Source: Hoeflea sp. (GTDB taxonomy: Bacteria > Pseudomonadota > Alphaproteobacteria > Rhizobiales > Rhizobiaceae). Taken from it: a stretch of DNA of 64,000 bases. The notes beneath the pieces were generated by a model. That model had not been told where the DNA came from, searched no databases, and saw only the letters and a list, made by a program, of their open reading frames with translations. The translations under genes and the position numbers were made by a program. Positions 29,430 through 38,711 of this stretch are shown here, piece by piece (the stretch's first letter is position 1; the number at the start of each line of letters is the position of its first letter). The stretch is from assembly GCF_039975035.1 (NCBI RefSeq), contig NZ_JBDWHW010000021.1, forward strand, positions 392 to 64,391, written 5' to 3'.

Positions 29430-29850
29430 GCTGTCCGGTCAGATACTTGCTATCACTGATTCCGACCAGCCACCAAGAGAGCGCACCGCCGCCTGGTCGC
29501 ACAAGGTCATCGCCTCAAGTATTTTGGAGAGCGGCCACTATCACCGCAACATCATCGGCCTGCGAGACGATTTCGGCTTTCGCTCCAACATCCACACCAT
29601 GGGTCGATTTGTCCAGACGCAACAGCTTCGCCCCAGAGATAAGCGCTCTTGCAAACAGCGCATTCTGCTGATTTCCATTGCTCGGGATTCCGATCAACGG
29701 ATAATCAACACCCAACCTGATCCTGAGGCTGTCACCCTCACCGGCAGGCTTGGAGGCTTTCGTCGGCCTGTCGACACCCAGAAGGGCGATATTCGCGATT
29801 TCTCCCGCTCCCGGTGCCCGGCAATCAGGCGGCAGAGACTGCACCGCATT
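29430..29850 (-). pseudogene. decayed remnant of a sugar-type (RbsA/MglA-like) ABC transporter ATPase
   Basis: ORF 29515..29844 translates ...GEIANIALLGVD...SNGNQQNALFARALISGAKLLRLDKSTHGVDVGAKAEIV... This is a degenerate LSGGNQQK / ILDEPTRGIDVGAKAEI signature with Walker A and most of the domain missing. Confidence 0.55.
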
Positions 29851-29897
29851 CCGGCCAAGTTATACGCGCGGACTCCATGCCGGGTCCGTCATCAGCG

Positions 29898-31577
29898 TCA
29901 TGTCTCGCAAGGCGGCGTCGGCTCGAGACTGGTAAGCCGGCTTTGCCGAAGCTCGCCTCTGTGCTCAAGCACCGGATAGGCCGCCGCAGCAACCAGATGA
30001 GAATTGATCTGCTTGAGATCTCGCAGGAGATCGAGATGAAGCGAACTGGTCTCCATCGTGTTGATGTCGCCCTTGCGCAATCTGTCAAAGTGAGCCGAGG
30101 TACCGTCGCGCTCGGCTTTTCTGAAAATTACTTTCTCATCTGCCAGCATTCGGGCTGTGCGTTCATCCTGTGTCATCAGCACCGCGGCAGCCTTCTGCAG
30201 ATTCATCAAGAGCCGGTCGAACAGGACAAAAAGCTCTCTCTGCCCCTCCGGCGAGAAAGTCAGTCCGCGGCGCAGACGCTTGGCAAGATGCGGCAGCAGA
30301 TTTTGGTCGAGGACATCGCCGGCATGTTCGATATTCATCGAAAACAACAGGATCTCGTGCACTCGCCGCTTGTCTGCATCTCCAAGCTCTTCGGGATCGA
30401 TCGAGGTCAGATAGGTTTTCACCGCTGTGTTGAGACTATCAAGCACATTGTCTTTCCGTCTGAGCGCCGAGAGCGCCTTGCGGTCAGAGCTGGTGATCGA
30501 CAGCTTGGCACCGGAAATCATCTCGCCAAGCACATCCACCAGACGCAAGACTTCGCGCGCCGCGGCCCCTATTGCCACCACCGGCGTCTGGGTGGCGGCG
30601 GGATCGAGATAGAGTGGCTGCGCCGGATCCGTCGCATCGATCTTGCGCGGCAGAAGACGTCTCAGCCCAGCAGCAAACGGCACCAGAAAGGGCATGAAAA
30701 GAAGCGCCAGCACGAGATTGAAGGCGGTGTGGAAGTTCGCCACCATCCGCGCCATGTCCCCGTCGATCATAACGAAGAGATCGGTCATGTGCGACAGCAT
30801 GGGCAAGGCGATGGCAACGCCGACAATGCGCGTGAGAAGGTTGCCGATTGGCAATCGTCTCGATGCGAGATCCGGGCCAGAATGGCCTTCCAGCACCGGG
30901 TTCAACGCGGTTCCAAGGTTGGCACCGAGCACCAGGACGAAAGCTTGCTCAGGCGTGACCAAGCCCTGACTGGCCATCGACATGATCACCAGCAGGACAG
31001 CGACGCTGGAATGCGCCGCCCAGGCCACGATGGCTCCGAGAACCAGATTGAGAGCCGGCATTGCCGATATGCCGTGAAGCACGGTGGCCACGGCCGCCGT
31101 TCCTTCATACTGAGTCATCAGACCCAGCAGCAGATGCAACGCCATCAGCATGAAGCCGAGGCCAATCACAACACGTCCGAGATCATGGATCGTCGGATTG
31201 GATCTTTGCCTAAACATCAGGGCACCAGCAAGGATCAGGGCCGGCGCCAGTGCCGCTATGTCGAAGGAAAGGACTTGAACGATAAGCGTTGTGCCGACAT
31301 TGGCGCCAAGCATGACCGCCAATGCCGGAACAAGGCCGACCAGTCCGCCGGCAGCAAATCCCGAGGCCATCAAACCCGTTGCCGTGCTGCTTTGCAGGAT
31401 GGCAGTCACGCCCATTCCGGCAAGAAAGGCCTTGAAACGATTGTTCAAGGCGTGCCCGAGAAATGAACGCAAGTTCGGTCCAAACGCCCTTTGCACGCCG
31501 GTCTGAACCATGCGTGTCCCCCAGAGAAGAAGCGCGATGTGCCCGGCGAGGGCAACGAAGGACAGAATCATATCCAT
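29898..31577 (-). CDS. Na+/phosphate cotransporter family protein with C-terminal PhoU-like domain (NptA/YjbB type)
   Basis: ORF 29898..31646. ATG at 31577 (MDMILSFVALAGH). Duplicated GAN(V/L)GT motifs (MLGANVGTT, VLGANLGTA). Helical PhoU-like C-terminus. Confidence 0.85.
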   Translation of the reverse strand: MDMILSFVALAGHIALLLWGTRMVQTGVQRAFGPNLRSFLGHALNNRFKAFLAGMGVTAILQSSTATGLMASGFAAGGLVGLVPALAVMLGANVGTTLIVQVLSFDIAALAPALILAGALMFRQRSNPTIHDLGRVVIGLGFMLMALHLLLGLMTQYEGTAAVATVLHGISAMPALNLVLGAIVAWAAHSSVAVLLVIMSMASQGLVTPEQAFVLVLGANLGTALNPVLEGHSGPDLASRRLPIGNLLTRIVGVAIALPMLSHMTDLFVMIDGDMARMVANFHTAFNLVLALLFMPFLVPFAAGLRRLLPRKIDATDPAQPLYLDPAATQTPVVAIGAAAREVLRLVDVLGEMISGAKLSITSSDRKALSALRRKDNVLDSLNTAVKTYLTSIDPEELGDADKRRVHEILLFSMNIEHAGDVLDQNLLPHLAKRLRRGLTFSPEGQRELFVLFDRLLMNLQKAAAVLMTQDERTARMLADEKVIFRKAERDGTSAHFDRLRKGDINTMETSSLHLDLLRDLKQINSHLVAAAAYPVLEHRGELRQSRLTSLEPTPPCET

Positions 31578-31759
31578 ATTCACTCCTGAACTGCGGGTGA
31601 TTTCGGCAAGCAAGAAGCAAGCGCGGTTTTGGTCGATGGCAGGCACCGGGACGGCCCACCACCTGATATAGGCCTCATCGTCAGGAGATTTGCATCCCCT
31701 GGACGAAAAAGGTTCAGCGGGCTCAACTGCTCAGAGCCAGATACCCCGTTACATATCAA

Positions 31760-32503
31760 TCACTCGGACAGTTGTCGAAGCAAGCTGTCCTCCAGGCCCT
31801 TCTGTCCAAACCAGTTGAGGCGATTGATACAGGCGTATCCCCTGTCAATCAGGTCATTTTCGTCACCATCGCTTGCATCATGCGCCCGCCCGCGCGGTAC
31901 AATCAGGGTCGTTACATCACCCTCCGTCGCAACAATATCAGCGGCGCGACCAATTTTGTCGCGGCCGATACGCGGCTGGCGTATTTCGGCCGGCAGCGTT
32001 GTCGGCAGGTTCATCGACAACCAATGGCCTTCATCGAACCACTGGTCGCGTGCAGCCCAGACCGTGCCAATCAGTTCGCTCAACCAGATTTCATCATTGG
32101 CCGAAATCTCGGGGTTCTTGACCCGGGAAAACCCAATCGCGGCCATGTTCCAGAAACTCGCCTCGCGGGCAATTCCCAGTGTCCCCGAATAGGCGAGATC
32201 TTCGCCGACATTCCGACCATCATTGATCCCCGACAGCACCAGGTCCGGTTTCGGACCCTGCGCGAACAGCCAGGTCATGGCGGTGACGACACAATCGGCT
32301 GGCGTTCCCGAGCAGGAGTACCGCTTGTCGCCATGCCTGGTCATTTCCAGCGGGCGGGCGATAGTGATCGAGCCGCTGGCGGCAGTGCGTTTGCCGTCGG
32401 GCGCAACCACCCACACGTCATCGCTCAGCCGTCGTGCCACCCGTTCGAGCATGGCGATCCCCGGAGCCTCAATACCATCATCATTGCAAACCAGAATTCT
32501 CAT
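31760..32503 (-). CDS. surE: 5'/3'-nucleotidase SurE paralogue
   Basis: MRILVCNDDGIEAPGI, SGINDGRNVGEDLAYSGTLGIAREA. ATG at 32503 (alternatives 32509 and 32515), immediately downstream of the MBL gene. Confidence 0.85.
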   Translation of the reverse strand: MRILVCNDDGIEAPGIAMLERVARRLSDDVWVVAPDGKRTAASGSITIARPLEMTRHGDKRYSCSGTPADCVVTAMTWLFAQGPKPDLVLSGINDGRNVGEDLAYSGTLGIAREASFWNMAAIGFSRVKNPEISANDEIWLSELIGTVWAARDQWFDEGHWLSMNLPTTLPAEIRQPRIGRDKIGRAADIVATEGDVTTLIVPRGRAHDASDGDENDLIDRGYACINRLNWFGQKGLEDSLLRQLSE

Positions 32504-32514
32504 TTTCATATCCA

Positions 32515-33666
32515 TCAAATTGCGAGGTGGTCGCCTGTCACAGCATTGACATCCAGTTTTGGTAAAAAGGCCTGCAGGTCGCGAAGACCGGATTGCGAAC
32601 AGGAATGACCCAGGGCGGCCGGGCGGCCGGCGCCAGTCCATATCGCCACGTTTTCATCGCGCGTCGGATGTGTCGGCAGTCTTATCCAGGTAGCACGCTC
32701 TTCGTCAAAACACCTGCGCGCGGGGGTATGGTCGGGAATATGACCAGTCAGCAGAATTGGCAATCCTTGTGCCGAAGCACGCCGGATCGCGTCCACCGAA
32801 GGACCGGCGCTGCCCATGCCGTCAACGGTCAGCAGCGGACAATCGGGAAACGGCGAACCATCAGACCAATCAACTGCGGTGGCAAGCCGCTGACGCAACA
32901 AGTCACGCGTGGCGGGAGCGAAGGCGTCCTCGGCAAGAATCTGGGTGGCGATTGCCTCGCGCATAGTCTGATGGATTGCAAATCTGCCGGGAAGGATAGC
33001 CATTATTTCCAGCGGCTTGCCGGACGCCGGAACGGGCAACAGGCAGCCGGAAGGATGAGCGGCAAGCCAGTTTTCTATCTGCATGCGACGCTGCAATCCC
33101 GAAATGGCATCGTCTGCATAGGATGTATCAAGCAGCACGAGATCACACCGCGGAACGGGATCCATCACGAAAACGCTGCTGCCTGGCGTTACATCCGCAC
33201 AGTAGACCACTTGCCCATGGCCGTTATCGATGTGAAACCATGCACCGCCGACCACATGGCCGGAACGACCGGTCATTATCTTGAACTGGCCAACATGCAT
33301 GGTTTCCCCCGGGGAGAACAGTTTTATCTGGTCAGGGTGGATCGGGAAATCTCGTACATGGGACGGATCGGCATACTGAGCCAGCATTTCCGCCGCTTCA
33401 CCAAGGGTTTCACGGGTCATGAAAATGAGGCCGCGAAACCCGCGTGACAACAACCAGCTCAATCCGCCGATATGATCCTCATGCGCGTGGGAAATGAACA
33501 CGGCGTCAAGGTCCTTTATCGCGGCGTCTTCAATCACCGGATAATAGTCCCGGCCCATCGCACCAACCTTGATACCAACATCAAGCAGAATCCGGGTATG
33601 GGCATCCCCAAGTCCGACACTCGTCCGGCCTTTTTCGCCGAAGCCACCATACAGATCGATCTGCAT
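32515..33666 (-). CDS. MBL-fold metallo-hydrolase with beta-CASP-like C-terminal part
   Basis: ATG at 33666 (MQIDLYGGFGEKG) overlaps the upstream TAA by 1 nt. FISHAHEDHIGG. Later LLDTSYADD, LLTGHIP and ALGHS resemble beta-CASP motifs A, B and C. Confidence 0.75.
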   Translation of the reverse strand: MQIDLYGGFGEKGRTSVGLGDAHTRILLDVGIKVGAMGRDYYPVIEDAAIKDLDAVFISHAHEDHIGGLSWLLSRGFRGLIFMTRETLGEAAEMLAQYADPSHVRDFPIHPDQIKLFSPGETMHVGQFKIMTGRSGHVVGGAWFHIDNGHGQVVYCADVTPGSSVFVMDPVPRCDLVLLDTSYADDAISGLQRRMQIENWLAAHPSGCLLPVPASGKPLEIMAILPGRFAIHQTMREAIATQILAEDAFAPATRDLLRQRLATAVDWSDGSPFPDCPLLTVDGMGSAGPSVDAIRRASAQGLPILLTGHIPDHTPARRCFDEERATWIRLPTHPTRDENVAIWTGAGRPAALGHSCSQSGLRDLQAFLPKLDVNAVTGDHLAI

Positions 33667-34739
33667 TATTGCGGGTCTCCCTGCGGGATGACCCATCCGG
33701 AACAGATGCGAATATTGGCCGTGTCGCCTTCCAGCAGCGTCACGGGATCGGGGATATCAAATGTCAATTGAAGATCGGGACGGGCAACAGGATACGCCTC
33801 TACACGAGCCCCGCCTCCGCGATAGATGACGCGCTTGATGGCAACCGGAATGCCGTCTTTGTCGACAATCTCGATGTCCGAGGAACGGATACAAACCTTT
33901 GCCTCGGAAACCGTTGCCTGATCGGAAGCACACCGGAACACCGCATCCTGGCCGAGCAACTGAACCTTGCATTGGCCATTCTCAGGCACTGACATCAGCT
34001 TCGCGGGGAGCACCATACCCTGGGCTATGAAGGCCGCCACCATGTCGCTGCGCGGTTCCTGATACAACTCGCGGGGCGTTGCGAACTGTATCAGTTTGCC
34101 ATGATCCATAACCGCGATGCGGTCCGCGAGCGCCATCGCCTCGGCCTGATCGTGGGTGATATAGACGATGGTGGTTTTGGTCCGCTTGTGAAAATCAGCA
34201 AATTCCTCCTCCATGGACGCACGCAGATGCACATCCAGATTGGCGAGCGGCTCATCGAAAAGCACCAGCGATGGCGTCGACACGAGACATCTTGCAAGTG
34301 CCACGCGTTGCCGCTGTCCTCCTGACAGATTGGAGGGACGGCGATCGCCAAGCCCGGTCAGATCCACAAGCGCCAGCGCATCTTCCACCCGTTTTTCACG
34401 AGTAGCCTTCGCCACCTTTGCTACCTTCAGGCTATAGCCGACATTTTCAGCCACGGACATATGCGGCCAAAGCGCGTAATTCTGGAACACAATGCCAACC
34501 TTGCGCTTCTCCGGTGGCACATTGACGCTCCGGCTGGAGACGACGACCTCATCCACCCTGATCTCACCGTCGCTGACTTTCTCGAAACCGGCGATCGCCC
34601 GCAAAAGCGTGGTCTTTCCGCACCCCGATGGCCCCAGGACAGCGACAAACTCGCCATTCTTGACTTCGAGCGAGACATCGGAAAGGGCATTCATCGACCC
34701 AAACGTCTTGGTTACAGATTCAATTTTCAATCCCGCCAT
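33666..34739 (-). CDS. ABC transporter ATP-binding protein (FbpC/PotA/AfuC type)
   Basis: 357 aa. GPSGCGKTT, LSGGQRQRVALARCL, LFDEPLANLD, C-terminal TOBE-like domain. Confidence 0.9.
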   Translation of the reverse strand: MAGLKIESVTKTFGSMNALSDVSLEVKNGEFVAVLGPSGCGKTTLLRAIAGFEKVSDGEIRVDEVVVSSRSVNVPPEKRKVGIVFQNYALWPHMSVAENVGYSLKVAKVAKATREKRVEDALALVDLTGLGDRRPSNLSGGQRQRVALARCLVSTPSLVLFDEPLANLDVHLRASMEEEFADFHKRTKTTIVYITHDQAEAMALADRIAVMDHGKLIQFATPRELYQEPRSDMVAAFIAQGMVLPAKLMSVPENGQCKVQLLGQDAVFRCASDQATVSEAKVCIRSSDIEIVDKDGIPVAIKRVIYRGGGARVEAYPVARPDLQLTFDIPDPVTLLEGDTANIRICSGWVIPQGDPQ

Positions 34740-36427
34740 GGCAGAACTCCGTTTGGTAGATGCCGCGCAAACAGATTGGTCAGCAGCATGAGTGTGAATG
34801 TCATTGCGACGGTGAGTGTCGAGGTGGCCGCCGCATAGTTGGAATCACCGCCTTGCTCGAAGGAGAAAATCACCACGCCGATGGTTTCCGACCCCGACGC
34901 CCACAACAGCGCCGACACCGTGAGTTCGCTGAATGCGGTGAGAAAGATGAGAACACCGCCGGCGATCGTTGCCGGAGCCACGAGTGGAAAGATGATCGTC
35001 CGCATGCGCGTTATCAGCCCTGCCCCGGCCACCTGTGCCGCCTCTTCCAGCGATCTGTCGATCTGATGCAGACCGCTTACAGTGGGCCGCAACGCCAGAA
35101 CCAGGAAGCGCGCCAGATAGGCGTAGAGGATGATCCAGATCGTGTTGTAGATCTGGATGCCGATGACCGGCAGCGGCTTGAGAAACAGCAACAGTGAGGC
35201 AATCGCCAGCACCACACCCGGCAAGGCATATGGCAATTCGATAGAGAGGTTGAGAATCCTGGTCCACCAGCTTTGACGCCACGTCACCATGTAGGCGAGC
35301 GGCACCGCGATCATCACTGCGAAGAATGCGGTGGTCAACGACAGCCCGAAACTGTTGATGAAGGCCCTGCCGGTGGCTCCGTGTTCAAACAGTACAAAGC
35401 CATAATTTGCCAGCGTGATGGTTTGCAGCGTCAGAGGCGCACCATAGGCCGAGACCAGCGACGTCAGTACGAGGCCGAGAACCGGCAGGCCGAGCACAGC
35501 AACGACCACCAGCAGCATCAGCAACTCGATCACCAGGCGAAACCGGCCAAGCTCGTAAGGCGCTGCAGGCAGCGACGTCGATACGATGCGGTAATCACGC
35601 CGTCTGGACACGTAATCCTGCGCGAAGATACCGGTCATGGCGATAACGCCGATCAGAATCGACAATACCGCGACCTCGGAGAGCACACTCGGCCCTCCAC
35701 CTGCAAGCTTCTGGTAAATCAAGGTCGGCAACACCAGATAGTTTGCCGGAATCCCGAGAAAGGCAGGAATCCCGAAATTGCCGACACAGGATACGAAGGT
35801 CAGAGCAGCGGCACCGATGATGGACGGCATCATCAGCGGCAGAATGATGGTCCGAAGCACGGTCAAACGCCCTGCTCCGCTGCTCGATCCGGCCTCCACC
35901 AGTTCGCGCGGCAATTTGCGAAGGCCGGCACGCACCATCAAAAACACCAGCGGTCCGTACTGGACGCCAAGAAGCAAGATGATGCCGGATGTCGAATAGA
36001 GCGGATTTCGACTGCCCAGGCCAGGCGCCATGCCAAGCAGTTTCAGGAATGGACTGGCAGGTCCGAACAGTTGCAGCCACGCCAGCGCCGTGACTTGCGG
36101 CGCGATCAGCAACGGGGTGACATACAGAAAGACAAACACCGAACGACCACGCACTGCAGTCAACCCGACAAGCAGCGCGACGGAGGTTCCCAGAAACACC
36201 GCAAGTATCGTTCCGCCAATCCCGACCTGCAGGGAATGCAGGGTGGCGGTCCAGGTCGCCGAACTTGAGAAGGTCTTTACGATGGCGCCGGACGAACCGT
36301 TGCTGGGCACGGCCACCTCGAAAAGCAACCTGAACATGGGCATGATCGAAAGAAGCAGGACGATAGCAACTATCGCCAGAGTAAGGGCCCGATCAAAGCC
36401 CCACCCCCCTTCTTGATTTTTCTGCAT
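34727..36427 (-). CDS. ABC transporter permease, fused double domain (FbpB/AfuB type)
   Basis: ORF 34727..36454. ATG at 36427 (MQKNQEGGWGF) after AAGGA. About 12 TM in two permease repeats. Confidence 0.85.
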   Translation of the reverse strand: MQKNQEGGWGFDRALTLAIVAIVLLLSIMPMFRLLFEVAVPSNGSSGAIVKTFSSSATWTATLHSLQVGIGGTILAVFLGTSVALLVGLTAVRGRSVFVFLYVTPLLIAPQVTALAWLQLFGPASPFLKLLGMAPGLGSRNPLYSTSGIILLLGVQYGPLVFLMVRAGLRKLPRELVEAGSSSGAGRLTVLRTIILPLMMPSIIGAAALTFVSCVGNFGIPAFLGIPANYLVLPTLIYQKLAGGGPSVLSEVAVLSILIGVIAMTGIFAQDYVSRRRDYRIVSTSLPAAPYELGRFRLVIELLMLLVVVAVLGLPVLGLVLTSLVSAYGAPLTLQTITLANYGFVLFEHGATGRAFINSFGLSLTTAFFAVMIAVPLAYMVTWRQSWWTRILNLSIELPYALPGVVLAIASLLLFLKPLPVIGIQIYNTIWIILYAYLARFLVLALRPTVSGLHQIDRSLEEAAQVAGAGLITRMRTIIFPLVAPATIAGGVLIFLTAFSELTVSALLWASGSETIGVVIFSFEQGGDSNYAAATSTLTVAMTFTLMLLTNLFARHLPNGVLPWRD

Positions 36428-36448
36428 CGTTAAATCCTTGAGAAGGGT

Positions 36449-36475
36449 GCCCAAAACCGGAAGCCGGTTTTGGGC
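36449..36475 (-). other. perfect 12-bp stem / 3-nt loop hairpin between the SBP and permease genes
   Basis: gcccaaaaccgg-aag-ccggttttgggc, read directly. Confidence 0.85.
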
Positions 36476-36523
36476 TGTCTCATTGACAGGCTGACAAACA
36501 AAAGCCTGGGGGAGGACGAGCAG

Positions 36524-37510
36524 TTATCCGCCAAACATCTCGTTGAATTTTGCCTTGTCGGCATCGGTCTTCATCAAGACTTCCTGGGTCTTGATCGGCA
36601 TGACGGTGACATCAACGCCTTCGGGCAGCCAGGCCGGACGTCCGATGGATTGTTTGGCCGGCAGATAGCCCTGTTCAAGCGCCAGTTTCTGGCCTTCATC
36701 GGAGAGAATGAAGTCGATGAACTTCTTGGCGGCGGGAACGTTCTTGGCTTCCGCCATGATGGCCACGGGCTCGGTCACCGCCGGCACGCCTTCTGACGGA
36801 AAGACAAACTCAACCGGAGACCCCTTGGCTTTCGCATTGAGCGCCATGAAGTCAACCATGATGCCGTAGGGCCGCTCGCCGCTCGCCACCGATTTCAGAA
36901 CGGCGCCATTGCCGCGCACACTGATAAGATCGTTCTCGTGGAGTTTTTCGAAATAGTCCCATCCCAGATCCGGGTTGGCAGCAAAGCCGCTGAGAAGAAA
37001 TGCCGCAGCACCCGAATACAGCGGGCTCGGCATTACCACGAGACCCTTGTACTCGTCTCCGGCGAGATCGGACCAGTGCTCGGGCTTGGCCTTCACCCCG
37101 GTGTTGTAGGCAATGCCGGTGGTGATCAGCTTGCTGCCGAAATAGGTCTTGTCCGCGTCATAGGCATTTTCGGAGAAGCCTTCGACATTTGCTTCGGGGT
37201 AGCTCAAGAGCTTGTCTTGGGCCTTGAGGCTCTCCATGCTCACCGCATCGGCAATCAGCAGAACGTCAGCTTGCGACGCACCAGCCGCAAACTCGGCGGC
37301 CAACTTGCTCATGATGTCGCTGGTCCCCGAACGATATATCTGCACCTCGATGTCGGGATTGATTTTGCGAAACGCCTCAACGGTCTTGGCTGCATCGGCG
37401 TCCGGCTGCGATGTATAGAGCGTCAACTCATCCGCATGCGCACTCGACAGCATGAAGGCAGCGGCAAAAAACACCGGGGCTCGCTTCAACGCCTTGGAAA
37501 ACACGTTCAT
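36524..37510 (-). CDS. ABC transporter substrate-binding protein, Fe3+/AfuA-type family
   Basis: ORF 36524..37708. ATG at 37510 (MNVFSKALKRAPVFFAAAFMLSSAHA signal peptide) after AAGAGGAG. ELTLYTSQPD... pattern. Confidence 0.85.
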   Translation of the reverse strand: MNVFSKALKRAPVFFAAAFMLSSAHADELTLYTSQPDADAAKTVEAFRKINPDIEVQIYRSGTSDIMSKLAAEFAAGASQADVLLIADAVSMESLKAQDKLLSYPEANVEGFSENAYDADKTYFGSKLITTGIAYNTGVKAKPEHWSDLAGDEYKGLVVMPSPLYSGAAAFLLSGFAANPDLGWDYFEKLHENDLISVRGNGAVLKSVASGERPYGIMVDFMALNAKAKGSPVEFVFPSEGVPAVTEPVAIMAEAKNVPAAKKFIDFILSDEGQKLALEQGYLPAKQSIGRPAWLPEGVDVTVMPIKTQEVLMKTDADKAKFNEMFGG

Positions 37511-37624
37511 CTTATAATCTCCTCTTGGTCCAATTGTGCTCCTGTCAGGCCGCATACGTGCCTGATCACATTTAACGCGCAAGCCACTGGACCGTGCGAT
37601 GGCTTGCAACCTCCTCACTACTGT

Positions 37625-37652
37625 ACATTTGTAACATTTGTGCGACATTTGT
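37625..37652. promoter_or_regulatory. three direct repeats ACATTTGT (37625..37632, 37634..37641, 37645..37652) in the SBP/SorC divergent region
   Basis: gtACATTTGTaACATTTGTgcgACATTTGTcc, read directly. Confidence 0.5.
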
Positions 37653-37740
37653 CCAATCTGATATTTGCGCCGCGACGCAGTTTTTTGTGGTAAGGCGAAA
37701 ATCAACATGTTTTCAGGACCGGCATTGCAAAGGACACCCG

Positions 37741-38700
37741 ATGAGCGAACAGGAATGGCGGAGCAAATCCTCCAACCTCAAGGTGAAGACCGCCTGGCTC
37801 TACCATGTTGAAAAGATGACGCAGGAGCAGATCGCCGATCATCTTCAGATCAGCCGGGTGAAGGTGATGCGGACATTGGCGGAGTGTGTCACCGAAGGAA
37901 TCGTGGTCACCACGATCAACAGCGCGGCCTCCGAGCAGATTGCCGCCGAACGGGCACTCGAAAAGCGCTGGAACCTGTCATCCGCCGTCGTCATTCCCTC
38001 TCCCTCCAATGACAAGAACCTGGAGAAGGCGATCGGACACGCCATTGCGCGCTACCTGAGTATGGAGATGGGAGATGGCAAGACACTTGCTATCGGCGGG
38101 GGCGCAACCCTGTTCAGCAGCCTGCAGTTTTTGGAGAAACGGAAGCTCAAGGACGCCTCCGTCATTGGACTGGTCGGCAGCCTGCCGCATTCGGGGTGGA
38201 TCAACCCCTCGATTGTCGCCGCGCGGGTTGCCGAGGCATTCGATATCGACAGCTACCAGATCACCGCGCCCGTGGTCGTTGACAGCCCGAAACTCGCGAA
38301 AGCTCTCTGGGCACAGCCGCCCTTGATGGAAGTCAAACAACGTACGGCAAATGCGGACATCGCCTTGCTGACTGTCGGGGAAATAACCCCCGATGCGACA
38401 ATTTTCAGGCATGGTATTGTTGGCAGCGACCTCATCCCGTCACTGGTCGCAAAAGGCGCAGTGGCCAACGTGCTGTGTTACTTCATCGACGCGCAGGGCA
38501 ACCTGGTTGATCACGAACTCAACAGCCGCATCATGGCGGTCGACCTGGCCACTGTCTGCAAAATTCCAAGGATTGTTCTTGCCGCAGGCGGCGCCGCAAA
38601 AGTAAAGGCCATCCTGGCGGCCCTGCACCTCATGCCGACGGGGGTTCTCGTCACCGACATGCTAACGGCCCAGGCATTGCTGGACCACGATGGACCGTAG
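37741..38700 (+). CDS. SorC/DeoR-type sugar-binding transcriptional regulator
   Basis: ATG at 37741 (MSEQEWRSKSSNLKVKTAWLYHVEKMTQEQIADHLQISRVKVMRTL) followed by a sugar-phosphate-binding domain. Confidence 0.88.
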   Translation: MSEQEWRSKSSNLKVKTAWLYHVEKMTQEQIADHLQISRVKVMRTLAECVTEGIVVTTINSAASEQIAAERALEKRWNLSSAVVIPSPSNDKNLEKAIGHAIARYLSMEMGDGKTLAIGGGATLFSSLQFLEKRKLKDASVIGLVGSLPHSGWINPSIVAARVAEAFDIDSYQITAPVVVDSPKLAKALWAQPPLMEVKQRTANADIALLTVGEITPDATIFRHGIVGSDLIPSLVAKGAVANVLCYFIDAQGNLVDHELNSRIMAVDLATVCKIPRIVLAAGGAAKVKAILAALHLMPTGVLVTDMLTAQALLDHDGP

Positions 38701-38711
38701 AGCGGCAGGGA

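Noticed and set aside
29814-31466. 550-aa plus-strand ORF, the longest unexplained ORF in the track
   Set aside because: It is entirely antisense to the Na/Pi-PhoU transporter gene, which has duplicated GANxGT motifs. The translation is Arg/His/Gln-rich and not protein-like.
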